Positions 1-8,988 of a stretch of DNA of 64,000 nucleotides are shown piece by piece; the first letter of the stretch is position 1, and every line of letters begins with the position of its first letter. This DNA is from an uncultured Verrucomicrobiae bacterium (GTDB taxonomy: Bacteria > Verrucomicrobiota > Verrucomicrobiia > Limisphaerales > Palsa-1400), in the NCBI GenBank assembly GCA_963764165.1, contig CAVXRD010000002.1, positions 2,144,001 to 2,208,000 on the forward strand, given 5' to 3'. The notes under the pieces are model-generated. The model worked only from the letters and a program-made list of their open reading frames with translations, did no database searches and was not told where the DNA came from. The position numbers and the translations under genes are program-made.

Positions 1-108
1 CGTTTCTCCGTCAGCGAGGCAACCAGGAAGTTCGCGCACAGTGGAAAGATAAAGGCCGTCTTCCTCGCTCCAGATCATTTCGATTGAATATTTATTTTCC
101 GATGCCAT
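1..108 (-). CDS. hicB: HicB-family antitoxin (5' part, runs off the window edge)
   Basis: Manual translation from ATG 108 gives MASENKYSIEMIWSEEDGLYLSTVRELPGCLADGET, the typical HicB N-terminus. It overlaps the hicA 3' end and is absent from the ORF track. Confidence 0.85.
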   Translation of the reverse strand, partial: MASENKYSIEMIWSEEDGLYLSTVRELPGCLADGET

Positions 109-343
109 AAGCAGTCACTAAATTTCGCACCTGCCGAACTTGATATTTTTTTGCTTTTCCATTCCTGTCCTCTTGAAGATTAATGATTTCCCGGACGTTG
201 GGATGAGTGAAGATGTGGTGGCTCCCTTTTATGCGTTCCCGAAAACCCAAATTCGTAAGCATAGTGCAAATCTCTCCGAAACCGATATTTGAGTCCGAGT
301 TTCCACTAAGAATCTGATCTCGCGTCTTTTCCCATCGGCTCAT
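92..343 (-). CDS. hicA: HicA-family mRNA interferase toxin
   Basis: 83 aa with LGFRERIKGSHHIF (GSH motif) and AKKYQVRQV; lies upstream of a hicB-like gene. Confidence 0.88.
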   Translation of the reverse strand: MSRWEKTRDQILSGNSDSNIGFGEICTMLTNLGFRERIKGSHHIFTHPNVREIINLQEDRNGKAKKYQVRQVRNLVTAYGIGK

Positions 344-481
344 TTGTAGAATTGACGCGCATTGTTAACATCCTAGCAAGATCAGTCAATTGATTAAATC
401 GGCTCAGTCTCGGTCAAACTTAATCGCGTGTTCGAGATTTTGCAACCGAGCACACGCCAACAACAACCGCTGGGCCGGTCA

Positions 482-1030
482 CTAGGCTGCTTCCAAAACC
501 GTCCTCGGCGCGAGTTCCGATTTGGGGGCGATGTAGAATTGTTCGGGTTGATCGAAACGAAGGCCGGCTTGGGTTAGTTGTTCGGCGGTCAATTTTTCGC
601 GGTCGGCGAGGAGGGCTTTCTTGTCGAGTTCGGGTTCGGGGGTGTGGAGGTAGCGCTTGCCCCAATCCGTCGATTCGAGGCGGCGGGCGATGGCGCTCCA
701 ATTTTCTTTGCGCGATGTTCTTTGCACGCTGGGCGGTTCGGTGCGGAAACCGACGGTGGCCATGAGGAAATCGATGGACTTTTTGCCGGGAAACAGTTGC
801 GCGCGATGTGCGCGGCAGAAAGTGAAGACGCCGGCTTCGCGGATTTCGATTTGCTTGGCGAGGATGGCCATTTCTCCCTGACGGCGCTCCTGCACGCGGG
901 CCATTTCCAATTCCATTTCAGAGCGGGCGGCGGCGAGTTGAAACTTCAAGGCCGCGACTTCCGCGACGGCGGCATCCAGGCCTTCCCTTGTGGCGATGGG
1001 GGTGAATTCGAGGGTGTCTTTTTTGTTCAT
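482..1030 (-). CDS. gam: Mu Gam-like host-nuclease inhibitor (DNA end-binding) protein
   Basis: 182 aa; N-terminal coiled coil followed by KKSIDF..ATVGFRTEPPSV and ELDKKALL...AGLRFDQPEQFYIAP, typical of the Gam family. Confidence 0.8.
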   Translation of the reverse strand: MNKKDTLEFTPIATREGLDAAVAEVAALKFQLAAARSEMELEMARVQERRQGEMAILAKQIEIREAGVFTFCRAHRAQLFPGKKSIDFLMATVGFRTEPPSVQRTSRKENWSAIARRLESTDWGKRYLHTPEPELDKKALLADREKLTAEQLTQAGLRFDQPEQFYIAPKSELAPRTVLEAA

Positions 1031-1051
1031 AATGAGATTTCCGGTTGTGGC

Positions 1052-1447
1052 TTAGTTGTTGGCGAAGGCGGGTTTCTCCAATTCAACAAGCAGGTGGGTG
1101 CGGCGGCGGATTTGCGCGGCGTCGAGCGGGCGGCGCTGTTTCCAACGGCGCCAATCTTCGACTGTGGCAAGCAGCACAGGGACGACCCGGGTGCGATGGG
1201 CGAGAACCTTGACGAAACGCACCCGGTCTTTGTCCAGTGCGCCGGCCGCGACGAGAACTGCGCCGCGATGCTGAAGTGTCTGGGCGTATGGCGTGGAAAG
1301 GCGATAGCCGGACGGCGCGAGCACCACGACGATGCGTTGCGGATCGCCGAGAAGTTTGGCGCGGCATTCCTGGACGGCTTCCAGGACGTCGGCCAGAAAG
1401 CCGGTGTTAGGTGAATTGGAGTCGGTTGCTTTTTGTGTCGTTTTCAT
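1052..1447 (-). CDS. Hypothetical protein (phage-like early gene)
   Basis: 131-aa ORF, tightly co-oriented between the 1453 ORF and gam. Confidence 0.55.
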   Translation of the reverse strand: MKTTQKATDSNSPNTGFLADVLEAVQECRAKLLGDPQRIVVVLAPSGYRLSTPYAQTLQHRGAVLVAAGALDKDRVRFVKVLAHRTRVVPVLLATVEDWRRWKQRRPLDAAQIRRRTHLLVELEKPAFANN

Positions 1448-1452
1448 TGGAA

Positions 1453-1689
1453 TCAGTTATTTGATTTTGAGTTTTGGACGTGTTCGGCGCAGGCGCGGTG
1501 CTGTTCGAGATGTTCGAGCATCACGGAAATGGATTCGGCGTATCGGGAGTTCGGACACGCAGCCAGTAATGCCGCCAAAAGCCGCCTCCGCGCCTGAATG
1601 GAGTCCGGCAGGGTCATCACCGCGTGCAGCGCCAAAATATCGTTTGCCACCGCGCTTTTTCTGTTGCTTTTGCCTTGGTGAGGCGTCAT
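1453..1689 (-). CDS. Hypothetical protein
   Basis: ORF from ATG 1689 (MTPHQGK...), first gene of the leftward unit divergent from the repressor. Confidence 0.5.
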   Translation of the reverse strand: MTPHQGKSNRKSAVANDILALHAVMTLPDSIQARRRLLAALLAACPNSRYAESISVMLEHLEQHRACAEHVQNSKSNN

Positions 1690-1691
1690 GT

Positions 1692-1750
1692 TGTTACTGG
1701 ATAACATTTGTTATTGAATCACGTCAACGAAAAAATGTGATTGGATAACA
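1692..1750. promoter_or_regulatory. Three related 15-bp operator-like palindromes in the divergent promoter region
   Basis: TGTTACTGGATAACA (1692-1706), TGTTATTGAATCACG (1709-1723), TGTGATTGGATAACA (1736-1750); TTGACG -35-like hexamer on the minus strand at 1722-1727. Confidence 0.6.
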
Positions 1751-1761
1751 ATTTTCTCAAA

Positions 1762-2142
1762 ATGGATGCGGAAAAGGCAGAATTTAAGCGGCTGATGGAT
1801 CTCATGGGTTGGTCCCAAACCGAGGCGGCGCGGCGTTTGCACAAGACGCCGAGCGCCATCAATCATCTTATCAATCCGGAACATCCCAACAAGCCCACCC
1901 AGACGACGATGCAGCTCTTGAAATTGATTATCGCGAGCGAGCGTCCAGAATTGATTAACTCCAAGACTTTTGAGTTAAAGGAAGGGCCGCTGGCCGCCCC
2001 CGAGGCAGCCGGATTGACACCCCGGGAACGGGAGATGCTACTTAAACTGAAGCAATTGCCCGAATCAGAGCAGGAGAAAGTTTATGCGGTCATACTAGCC
2101 CTGCTCGGGACTTCCGGAAAACCAGGAAAAACAAAAAATTAA
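1762..2142 (+). CDS. XRE/HTH transcriptional repressor
   Basis: MGWSQTEAARRLHKTPSAINHLI is an HTH_XRE motif; C-terminal LTPREREML...LPESEQEKV is typical of these repressors. Confidence 0.8.
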   Translation: MDAEKAEFKRLMDLMGWSQTEAARRLHKTPSAINHLINPEHPNKPTQTTMQLLKLIIASERPELINSKTFELKEGPLAAPEAAGLTPREREMLLKLKQLPESEQEKVYAVILALLGTSGKPGKTKN

Positions 2143-2325
2143 TCTGGAGCACCCGAACTCGGGAAATGAGGCTGCAAAAAGAGAATCTCCCGTCCTTCAT
2201 TTTCCACCAGATGGGACTAATGCGAATGATGGAAGTTATTGAGTTCCCAATTCAATCGCTTGAACTTCAGATTCGCGCGATTCCAACTTTGGCCTCTTTT
2301 CCTGAGTGCGGTCGTTCCAGATAAA

Positions 2326-2610
2326 TCAACTTACCGGAACCAGCGAGACGCGTTCGCCCTTGTCGTTGCGCGTGACGCCTTGGGCTTTGGGATCAAGCGT
2401 GATCACTCCGTCGACAAGAAAGGCGTAGCGATGATGGCCGTGCTTCAATTCGAGGGTAAGCAGCCAGGAACGATCCGTTCCCTGTCTCATCGGGTTCGCC
2501 TTGGGATCCCAATTGTTGAAGTCCCCGACCATGCAGACGTGGGCCGCTTGGGGGGCGTGGCAAATAAAATTAATGGCGCGCAGGGGCTTTTGGTAACCGG
2601 CTGATCTCAT
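2326..2610 (-). CDS. CBM48 / isoamylase early-set glycogen-binding domain protein
   Basis: APQAAHVCMVGDFNNWDP...GHHRYAFLVDG...LDP motifs. Confidence 0.85.
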   Translation of the reverse strand: MRSAGYQKPLRAINFICHAPQAAHVCMVGDFNNWDPKANPMRQGTDRSWLLTLELKHGHHRYAFLVDGVITLDPKAQGVTRNDKGERVSLVPVS

Positions 2611-2651
2611 ATCCTTTCAAAAATCCCGGTAACTTTCAGGGCTTTGCCCGC

Positions 2652-3584
2652 TCACGTCAAGTGGTTCTGCAAAATAGTGAAGGCGGCCCGACGGACGTGC
2701 TCCGAACGCGCCTCGATCTGCCGGTATTGCTCCACCCAATCGCCGCGGAATTGATTGCGTTCGCGCCATTTGGATTTGAGCACGCGCTCGGTGCGCTCGA
2801 CCTGCTGCATGGCGGGCGCGAGTGATTCGCGGCCTTCGGGCAAATCAGAAATGTTGCCCACTGAAAACCGGCTAATGCGCTTCTTGCCGAAGATGGCGTG
2901 GAGCAGGATAACGACGGTTTGCTCGTAAGGATACCATCGGTGCATCAGGACCTCGCGGAGAAAACTGTGCCGGATGGCGAAAAATTCGGAGCGCGGGCGT
3001 TCCGTGAATTGGCGGATTTCCTGAGCCTCCGTTGGAAACCATGTGTAGAGCAGGGCGAATGTTCCGTAGGTATCGATAAGATATTTTGAATTGGCGTGGC
3101 TCGCCGAAATTTCGCCAACGCAAAAATCCTGGTCGAGTTCCTGAATGATTTCCGGGAGATCGTGCAGCCCGCCCAGCACCTCGTGGCCGCAGGAACTGCC
3201 ATAATTGAAATCGCCGGGGATGAGCCAATAGACGTCGTTTTCCGCCCCGCGCTCAAAGGCGGCGCCCAACCCTTCGTACCACATCTGGCAGGTGTCGACG
3301 CTCCATGTGTCCAGAATATCGGAGTGCTTCAAAACCGTCTTTTCGCGAAAATCAATAAACGCCTGATGGCCTTCCATCGTGTAAAAAGTCTTGCGATCCA
3401 TCACGGTCATGGGGCGTGTGTAAATATCCGGTGCGGCCGCAAGGCGGGCGACCAATCCGTAAAGCGCTTCCAGGTCCGTGTAATCGGCCGGCTGCTTGAA
3501 CGGGTAAATGATGACGGGATGAATCTTGCCCGTGGCGGACGGCTTGGCTTTAGTTCCGCGGGCGCTTTTCGCGGTCGTTTTCAT
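2652..3584 (-). CDS. Hypothetical protein with probable GT-A glycosyltransferase-like fold
   Basis: VIIYPF, DVYWLIPGDF, DFCVG, RPRSEFFAIR and YPYEQ motifs fall in GT-A order; assignment is by eye only. Confidence 0.45.
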   Translation of the reverse strand: MKTTAKSARGTKAKPSATGKIHPVIIYPFKQPADYTDLEALYGLVARLAAAPDIYTRPMTVMDRKTFYTMEGHQAFIDFREKTVLKHSDILDTWSVDTCQMWYEGLGAAFERGAENDVYWLIPGDFNYGSSCGHEVLGGLHDLPEIIQELDQDFCVGEISASHANSKYLIDTYGTFALLYTWFPTEAQEIRQFTERPRSEFFAIRHSFLREVLMHRWYPYEQTVVILLHAIFGKKRISRFSVGNISDLPEGRESLAPAMQQVERTERVLKSKWRERNQFRGDWVEQYRQIEARSEHVRRAAFTILQNHLT

Positions 3585-3665
3585 AGTCGTTTAGTCAACG
3601 AACCCACCGATTGGGATTGTGCTGGCACTGTAAGCGCGTGACGCGACGGATGGCAATGTATTTCG

Positions 3666-4979
3666 CTAATTCAGCGAAACGCCCCGCCGAATGTATGTCG
3701 GCACGTCTAAATCCTCGCCGTTGCGGATCGTTGGATCGCTCTTTTCGAAGCGGCCTTTGTGGATGATTTCCAGCGGCAACTCTTTTTGCAGGCGCGACGT
3801 GATGCGCTTGCGCGAGCGGCTGGAATGACCGCGCATGAGCTGCTCTTTTTTCTCGGGCGACAGTTCTGGCGGCGGGGCGACGAAACGCGAAGCGGGCGGG
3901 CGCTCGGATTTGGCGGGATCGAGAAATTGCATGCTCTCCAGGCTTTCCACAATCGGCTCGCTGGCGGACGCGCGCGTGCTTTGCGGCGCGGGCACGTGTT
4001 CCTCCTCGGGACGGCGCGAGGACGCGATCAAGGTCACGGAGAGGCGGCCGGCAAATGCTTCGTCGATGGCCGCGCCGAAAATGATGTGGGCGTTTTCACT
4101 TTGGCGATGGATCGGCTCCATCAATTTGTGAATCTCGCTCATCAAAATATCCGGCCCGCCCACCACGCTGACCAGCAGCGCGTCGGATTCCGTCAAAATA
4201 TGGCCGCTGTCCAACAACGGATGGGCAAGCAGTTTTTCGATGACTTGCTCGACGCGCTTTTCGCCGGAGGCTTCCGCAGTGGCGAAAAATCCAGCGGCGT
4301 GACGACCGCGTGTCACAGAGCAAAGATCGGCGAAATCGACATTGATCAAACCGGTCTGCGTCAGCATGCGCCAAATGCCGCGCAATCCATCGGCCAGGAG
4401 CGCGTTGCTGATTTTGAATGCTTCGAGCACGCTCGTGTTGTCATCGAGCATCTTGGAAAGTTTCTGGTTCGGCAGGCAAATGACAACGTCGGCGTGGGTC
4501 TTGACGAATTTCAAGCCAGCCTGGGCCTGGCTTTGGCGGCGGGTGCCTTCGAATTCGAACGGCAGCGTAACCAGCGCAAGCACGAGCGCGCCGCATTCTC
4601 TCGCGATGCGCGCGAAGACCGGCGCGGCGCCGGTGCCGGTGCCTCCGCCCAACCCCGCGAGTAAAAAAACAATATCCGCTCCGGTGCAAAACGAGCGAAT
4701 TTTCTCGGCATCCTCCTCAGCCGAGGTGCGGCCCAATTCAGGATCGCCTCCTGCGCCCAAGCCGCGCGTTTTGGTCGCGCCCAGCACAAATCGATTTGTC
4801 GCGGCGCACGCTTCAAGCGATTGGGAATCCGTATTGACAGCGAGAAATTCCACCCCGGCGAAACCCGCCTGCGAGGCAAAGCCAGCGGCATTGCAGCCGG
4901 CGCCGCCCAGACCGAAAACTTTCAGGACGAGTTTTTTCTGAACAGCCGGCTCCACGGGTTGGTCAAGAGGTGCGCTCAT
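3666..4979 (-). CDS. ftsZ: Cell division protein FtsZ
   Basis: GLGGAGCN, GGGTGTG tubulin signature, INVDFAD, C-terminal LDVPTYIRR. Confidence 0.97.
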   Translation of the reverse strand: MSAPLDQPVEPAVQKKLVLKVFGLGGAGCNAAGFASQAGFAGVEFLAVNTDSQSLEACAATNRFVLGATKTRGLGAGGDPELGRTSAEEDAEKIRSFCTGADIVFLLAGLGGGTGTGAAPVFARIARECGALVLALVTLPFEFEGTRRQSQAQAGLKFVKTHADVVICLPNQKLSKMLDDNTSVLEAFKISNALLADGLRGIWRMLTQTGLINVDFADLCSVTRGRHAAGFFATAEASGEKRVEQVIEKLLAHPLLDSGHILTESDALLVSVVGGPDILMSEIHKLMEPIHRQSENAHIIFGAAIDEAFAGRLSVTLIASSRRPEEEHVPAPQSTRASASEPIVESLESMQFLDPAKSERPPASRFVAPPPELSPEKKEQLMRGHSSRSRKRITSRLQKELPLEIIHKGRFEKSDPTIRNGEDLDVPTYIRRGVSLN

Positions 4980-4985
4980 GGTTGC

Positions 4986-6203
4986 TTATTTTTTGAAGAT
5001 TTCCGCGATGGTTTTGGCGATGCCGCCCGCCAATCCGCCCGCGGGTTTGCGTTTCTGCTGCAGCGAGCCGAATTTCACCAGGCCGATGGCCGTGGCAAAT
5101 TCCGGTTGATCCAGGGCGGATTTCAAGCTGCTGATGGAATTCGTCTTTCCCAGAAATACGGGCATCTGGAAAACATTTTCCGCGAGCGTTTGGATTCCCG
5201 GGATGCGCGCGCCGCCGCCGCACAGAAAAACACCAGCGCGCAGCCGGTCGAGCAATTCGAGACCGGCCAGTTCCGCTTCGATCAATTCAAACGTCTCCTC
5301 GAGGCGCAGCGACATGATGCGCCGAAGATGTTCGACGTTGATGATTTTTTGCGGCATCCCCAAGTCGCCCTCGGAGGAAATCGTCTGGCCTTTGACGGAA
5401 TCATCGACAAATGCGCCGCCGCGCTCGATCTTCAATTGTTCGGCGCGGCCGAGCGGGACTTTCAAGCCGTAGGCGAGATCGTTGGAAATGTGATCGCCTC
5501 CGACTGCCAGCACGCCCGTGTGCTTGATAATGCCGTTGTGCGCGACGACGTATTCAGTCGCGCCCGCGCCAATGTCGATGACCAGCGAGCCGATTTCTTT
5601 CTGCTCGTTGGAGAGCAGCGCAAGCGCCGAAGCCAAACCGTTGAAGACAATCTCCTCAACTTCCAATTGCAAGCTGCGCACCACCGCCACCGAATTTTTC
5701 AAACGGTTGACATGGCCGTGGACCACGTGAACATCCACTTCCACTTTCCCGCCATACATTCCGACCGGATTTTGCACGCCGAGCTGTTCGTCGACTTTGA
5801 ACAATTGGCGGATGGCATGCACCACCGTATTGTCCATGGGCAAGTTGATCGCCTTGGCGTTTTTAATGACATCTTGCACGTCTTCTTTTGTAATTTCGCG
5901 ATCGGCGGAGACGATTTGGTGGACGCCATGGTTGTTGAAACCGCGAACGTGATTTCCGGTCACGCCGAGATAGACGCTGCGAATTTCCGCGTTGGCCATT
6001 TGCTCGGCCTCCACGATGGCGTTGCGGACATCTTCGCTGGCGAGACCCGCATCGGCGATCTCGCCTTTGCGCACGCCGCGCGAGCGCGCCTGGCCGAGGC
6101 CGATGATGTTCAGCGTGTTGCCGGCGGTAATTTCGCCTGCCACCACGCAGATTTTCGAGGTGCCAATTTCCAGGCCGACGATGATGGACGACGAATCAAA
6201 CAT
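4986..6203 (-). CDS. ftsA: Cell division protein FtsA
   Basis: GLEIGTSKI, VIDIGAGAT, GGGARIPG; start placed at MFDSSS (6203). Confidence 0.96.
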   Translation of the reverse strand: MFDSSSIIVGLEIGTSKICVVAGEITAGNTLNIIGLGQARSRGVRKGEIADAGLASEDVRNAIVEAEQMANAEIRSVYLGVTGNHVRGFNNHGVHQIVSADREITKEDVQDVIKNAKAINLPMDNTVVHAIRQLFKVDEQLGVQNPVGMYGGKVEVDVHVVHGHVNRLKNSVAVVRSLQLEVEEIVFNGLASALALLSNEQKEIGSLVIDIGAGATEYVVAHNGIIKHTGVLAVGGDHISNDLAYGLKVPLGRAEQLKIERGGAFVDDSVKGQTISSEGDLGMPQKIINVEHLRRIMSLRLEETFELIEAELAGLELLDRLRAGVFLCGGGARIPGIQTLAENVFQMPVFLGKTNSISSLKSALDQPEFATAIGLVKFGSLQQKRKPAGGLAGGIAKTIAEIFKK

Positions 6204-7161
6204 GTTTCCTTTTCGGGCGCGCGGGTTTAATCGGGTGCGGGGCAACGGGCGGGACGGAGTTCGCCGCCACCGAATGCACCGGCAAATTGTTGGAGATGGA
6301 CAGGTCCAAGGTCGCGATGGCTCTTCCGCTCTGCTGGAATAAATCATAAATCAAACGCCAATGGCGCAATTGCGTGTCGAAGTGCGCGAGCGAAAATGTG
6401 ATTTCCGCTTTTTGCGTGGTCGTCACTTTCAAAACATCCGGCAGCGAAACATCGATGCGCTCCAATTCCACCATGCCCGTCATCGGCGAATGGTCGAATT
6501 CGGAAATAAGCGCGAGCGCGGCGAGGATCGGCGGCGAGGTCACTTGGTGGCCCGGTTGCGGTTCAGTCGGGGACACGCCCACCAAAATCGGCAGGCGTTC
6601 GTTGGCCGCAGGCAGCGCGGTGCGCCAGGCAGGATCGATTGGGCGCATCACATAGCCGGCCTCGTCGAAATCGAAAACGGCGAAGTCGGCGGCGCCATTG
6701 GGACGCATGAATTGCACCAGTGTTTGCGCGATGGGTTCGCGCTCGTTGACAATTAACTTAAGCGTGTGCGGAAGGACGCGTTCCACGGCGACGAATTGAA
6801 TCGGCGGCTGCGCTTCAAGGTCGCGTTTGACGCGCATCAAATCGAGCGCCATCAAATTTTCGCCGAGATGAACTCGCGCCCAGCCGCGAATCGCGCCGGA
6901 ATTCAGGACGCCGTCGGTCTCGACTTCGATTTGCTGGATGGCGAAAGAGTCGTTTTGGTAGACGAGGCCGTCGAGCACCCATTGCCCGCCACGCCAGACA
7001 ACAATGGAAATCACGGCCACGCTCAGCAGCAGCAGCACGCCGAAGCCGGCGGTGCGAACCTGGGCCGCGCGGTTCATGCTTGTGCGCAACTTTATGTCAA
7101 GCACATGCTCGCGATCTGGCGCGCGCCGGTTCTTTCGTTTTCCGAACAGCCGTCTGAACAT
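6196..7161 (-). CDS. ftsQ: Cell division protein FtsQ/DivIB
   Basis: Single TM segment, POTRA-like region, VERVLPHTLKLIVNEREP; canonical position. Confidence 0.9.
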   Translation of the reverse strand: MFRRLFGKRKNRRAPDREHVLDIKLRTSMNRAAQVRTAGFGVLLLLSVAVISIVVWRGGQWVLDGLVYQNDSFAIQQIEVETDGVLNSGAIRGWARVHLGENLMALDLMRVKRDLEAQPPIQFVAVERVLPHTLKLIVNEREPIAQTLVQFMRPNGAADFAVFDFDEAGYVMRPIDPAWRTALPAANERLPILVGVSPTEPQPGHQVTSPPILAALALISEFDHSPMTGMVELERIDVSLPDVLKVTTTQKAEITFSLAHFDTQLRHWRLIYDLFQQSGRAIATLDLSISNNLPVHSVAANSVPPVAPHPIKPARPKRKHV

Positions 7162-7162
7162 A

Positions 7163-8074
7163 TTATTTTCTCCTGGAGCGGACCATCGCCAGCTCCAGCA
7201 TTTTCTGGCAAAGCTGCGCGTAGGTGTAACCGCCGGCCGCCGCCGCTTCCGGCAAAATGCTGGTTTCGGTCATTCCAGGCAGCGTGTTGACTTCCAAAAC
7301 AAACAGATCGCCATTCGCGCGCACCATCACGTCAACGCGCGAGTAGTCGCGCCCGCCCACCGCGTGAAACGCGCCAAGGGCCGCCTGCTGGATTCGCGCC
7401 GTCAGCGGCGGATCAAATGGCGCGGGGCAAAAATGATCAGCGGCGCCGGGCGTGTATTTGTTTTTGTAATCGAAGAATCCTTGTTTTACCCGCACTTCCG
7501 CCACCGGCAGAGGCTTGTCATCAAGAATTCCAACCGTCGCCTCGCGCCCGATGATTTTTTCCTCCATCAACACTTCGGTGTCGTAACGAAAAGATTCCGC
7601 GAGCGATTTGTCCCAATCGCTGACGTTGTCGACCATTTGCAATCCGACGCTGGAACCCTGGCGTACCGGTTTCAAGACGACCGGCGGGTGCCAGCCGGCT
7701 GGCCATGGCGAGCCGGGTTTGTCGAACACGACGAACCTGGCCGTCGGCACGCCTGCCGCGAGACAGCGTTTCTTGGTGGCAACCTTGTCAAATGCAATGC
7801 GGCTGGCTTCAGGACCGCAGCCCGTGTAAGGCACGCCAAGCTTTTCCAATTCCTCCTGCACCGTGCCGTCTTCGCCGTAGGTTCCGTGGAGCGCGAGAAA
7901 AACGACATCCGTTCCCGCAGGCAACTGCCACGGCGTTTGCGGATCAAGCTCGTGAACGGTGTGGCCGAGGGAGCGAAGCGCCTTCGCGACCGCCGCGCCG
8001 GTGCGCAGCGAAACTTCGCGCTCCGAGGAAGGCCCGCCCAGCATGACAGTGACATTTAATGTTTGAATGCTCAT
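7163..8074 (-). CDS. ddl: D-alanine--D-alanine ligase
   Basis: GGPSSEREVS, LHGTYGEDG, LEVNTLPGMT. Confidence 0.97.
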   Translation of the reverse strand: MSIQTLNVTVMLGGPSSEREVSLRTGAAVAKALRSLGHTVHELDPQTPWQLPAGTDVVFLALHGTYGEDGTVQEELEKLGVPYTGCGPEASRIAFDKVATKKRCLAAGVPTARFVVFDKPGSPWPAGWHPPVVLKPVRQGSSVGLQMVDNVSDWDKSLAESFRYDTEVLMEEKIIGREATVGILDDKPLPVAEVRVKQGFFDYKNKYTPGAADHFCPAPFDPPLTARIQQAALGAFHAVGGRDYSRVDVMVRANGDLFVLEVNTLPGMTETSILPEAAAAGGYTYAQLCQKMLELAMVRSRRK

Positions 8075-8985
8075 TCGCCAATAATCTCCACTTCCTCGCG
8101 CAGTTCAACACCGCGCTCCGCTTTGGCGCGCTCCTTGATCAGCGCGATCAATTCCAGCACGTCCGCCGCCGTCGCGGAGCCGTCGTTGACAATAAAATTC
8201 CCATGCACCGTCGAGATCACCGCGCCGCCGCGCCGGGTGCCTTTCAAGCCAAGTTCGTCGATTAATTTTCCAGCCGAAAGCTGGGGCAAGGGATTTCTGA
8301 AGATGCATCCCGCGCTCGGCTCCTTGGGTTGCGACGTCCAGCGCTTTTGGTTGAATTCGCTGGCGCGTCTGGCGATGGCGTCCTTCGTGTCCGGCTTTCC
8401 GCGAAAGGTGGCGGCGAGCGCGATGTTCGTTTTGAAAAGCGGGCATGAGCGATATTCCACCGCGACATCAGCGACGTTGCGTTCGCTGATTTGGCCCGCG
8501 CCATCCATGAGGCGCACTTGCGTCACGCATTCGAAAGTCACGCTTCCCATCGCGCCAGCATTCATGCGGAGCGCGCCTCCGACGCTGCCGGGAATGCCTT
8601 CCAAAAACTCCAATCCGCCGAGGCAGCTCTCGCGGGCCTTTGCGGAGACTGCTTTCAATTTCGCGCCCGCGCCCGCGCGAATTTCACAGCCGCCCACTTC
8701 AACTTGGGAAAAACTCGGATGCGACAAACTGACGACGACCCCGCGAATGCCGTGATCGCGAATCAGCAAATTGGAACCACGCCCAAGCGCCATGAGCGGA
8801 ATTTCATCCGCGTGGCAGCATTGGACGATGGCGGACAATTCCGCTTCGGACGCTGGCTCGGCGTAAATATCCGCGCAGCCGCCGACGCGCAAGGTCGTCC
8901 GCTTTGCAAGCGGCTCGTTTTCGCGAATCACCCCCGTGGGAGCGCAGCTTTTGAGCTTGTCAAAAATGGAGGTGAGGACGGGCAT
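8071..8985 (-). CDS. murB: UDP-N-acetylenolpyruvoylglucosamine reductase
   Basis: LGRGSNLL, GIPGSVGGALRMNAGA, SAGCIFRNP, HGNFIVN. Confidence 0.96.
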   Translation of the reverse strand: MPVLTSIFDKLKSCAPTGVIRENEPLAKRTTLRVGGCADIYAEPASEAELSAIVQCCHADEIPLMALGRGSNLLIRDHGIRGVVVSLSHPSFSQVEVGGCEIRAGAGAKLKAVSAKARESCLGGLEFLEGIPGSVGGALRMNAGAMGSVTFECVTQVRLMDGAGQISERNVADVAVEYRSCPLFKTNIALAATFRGKPDTKDAIARRASEFNQKRWTSQPKEPSAGCIFRNPLPQLSAGKLIDELGLKGTRRGGAVISTVHGNFIVNDGSATAADVLELIALIKERAKAERGVELREEVEIIGE

Positions 8986-8988
8986 GAG

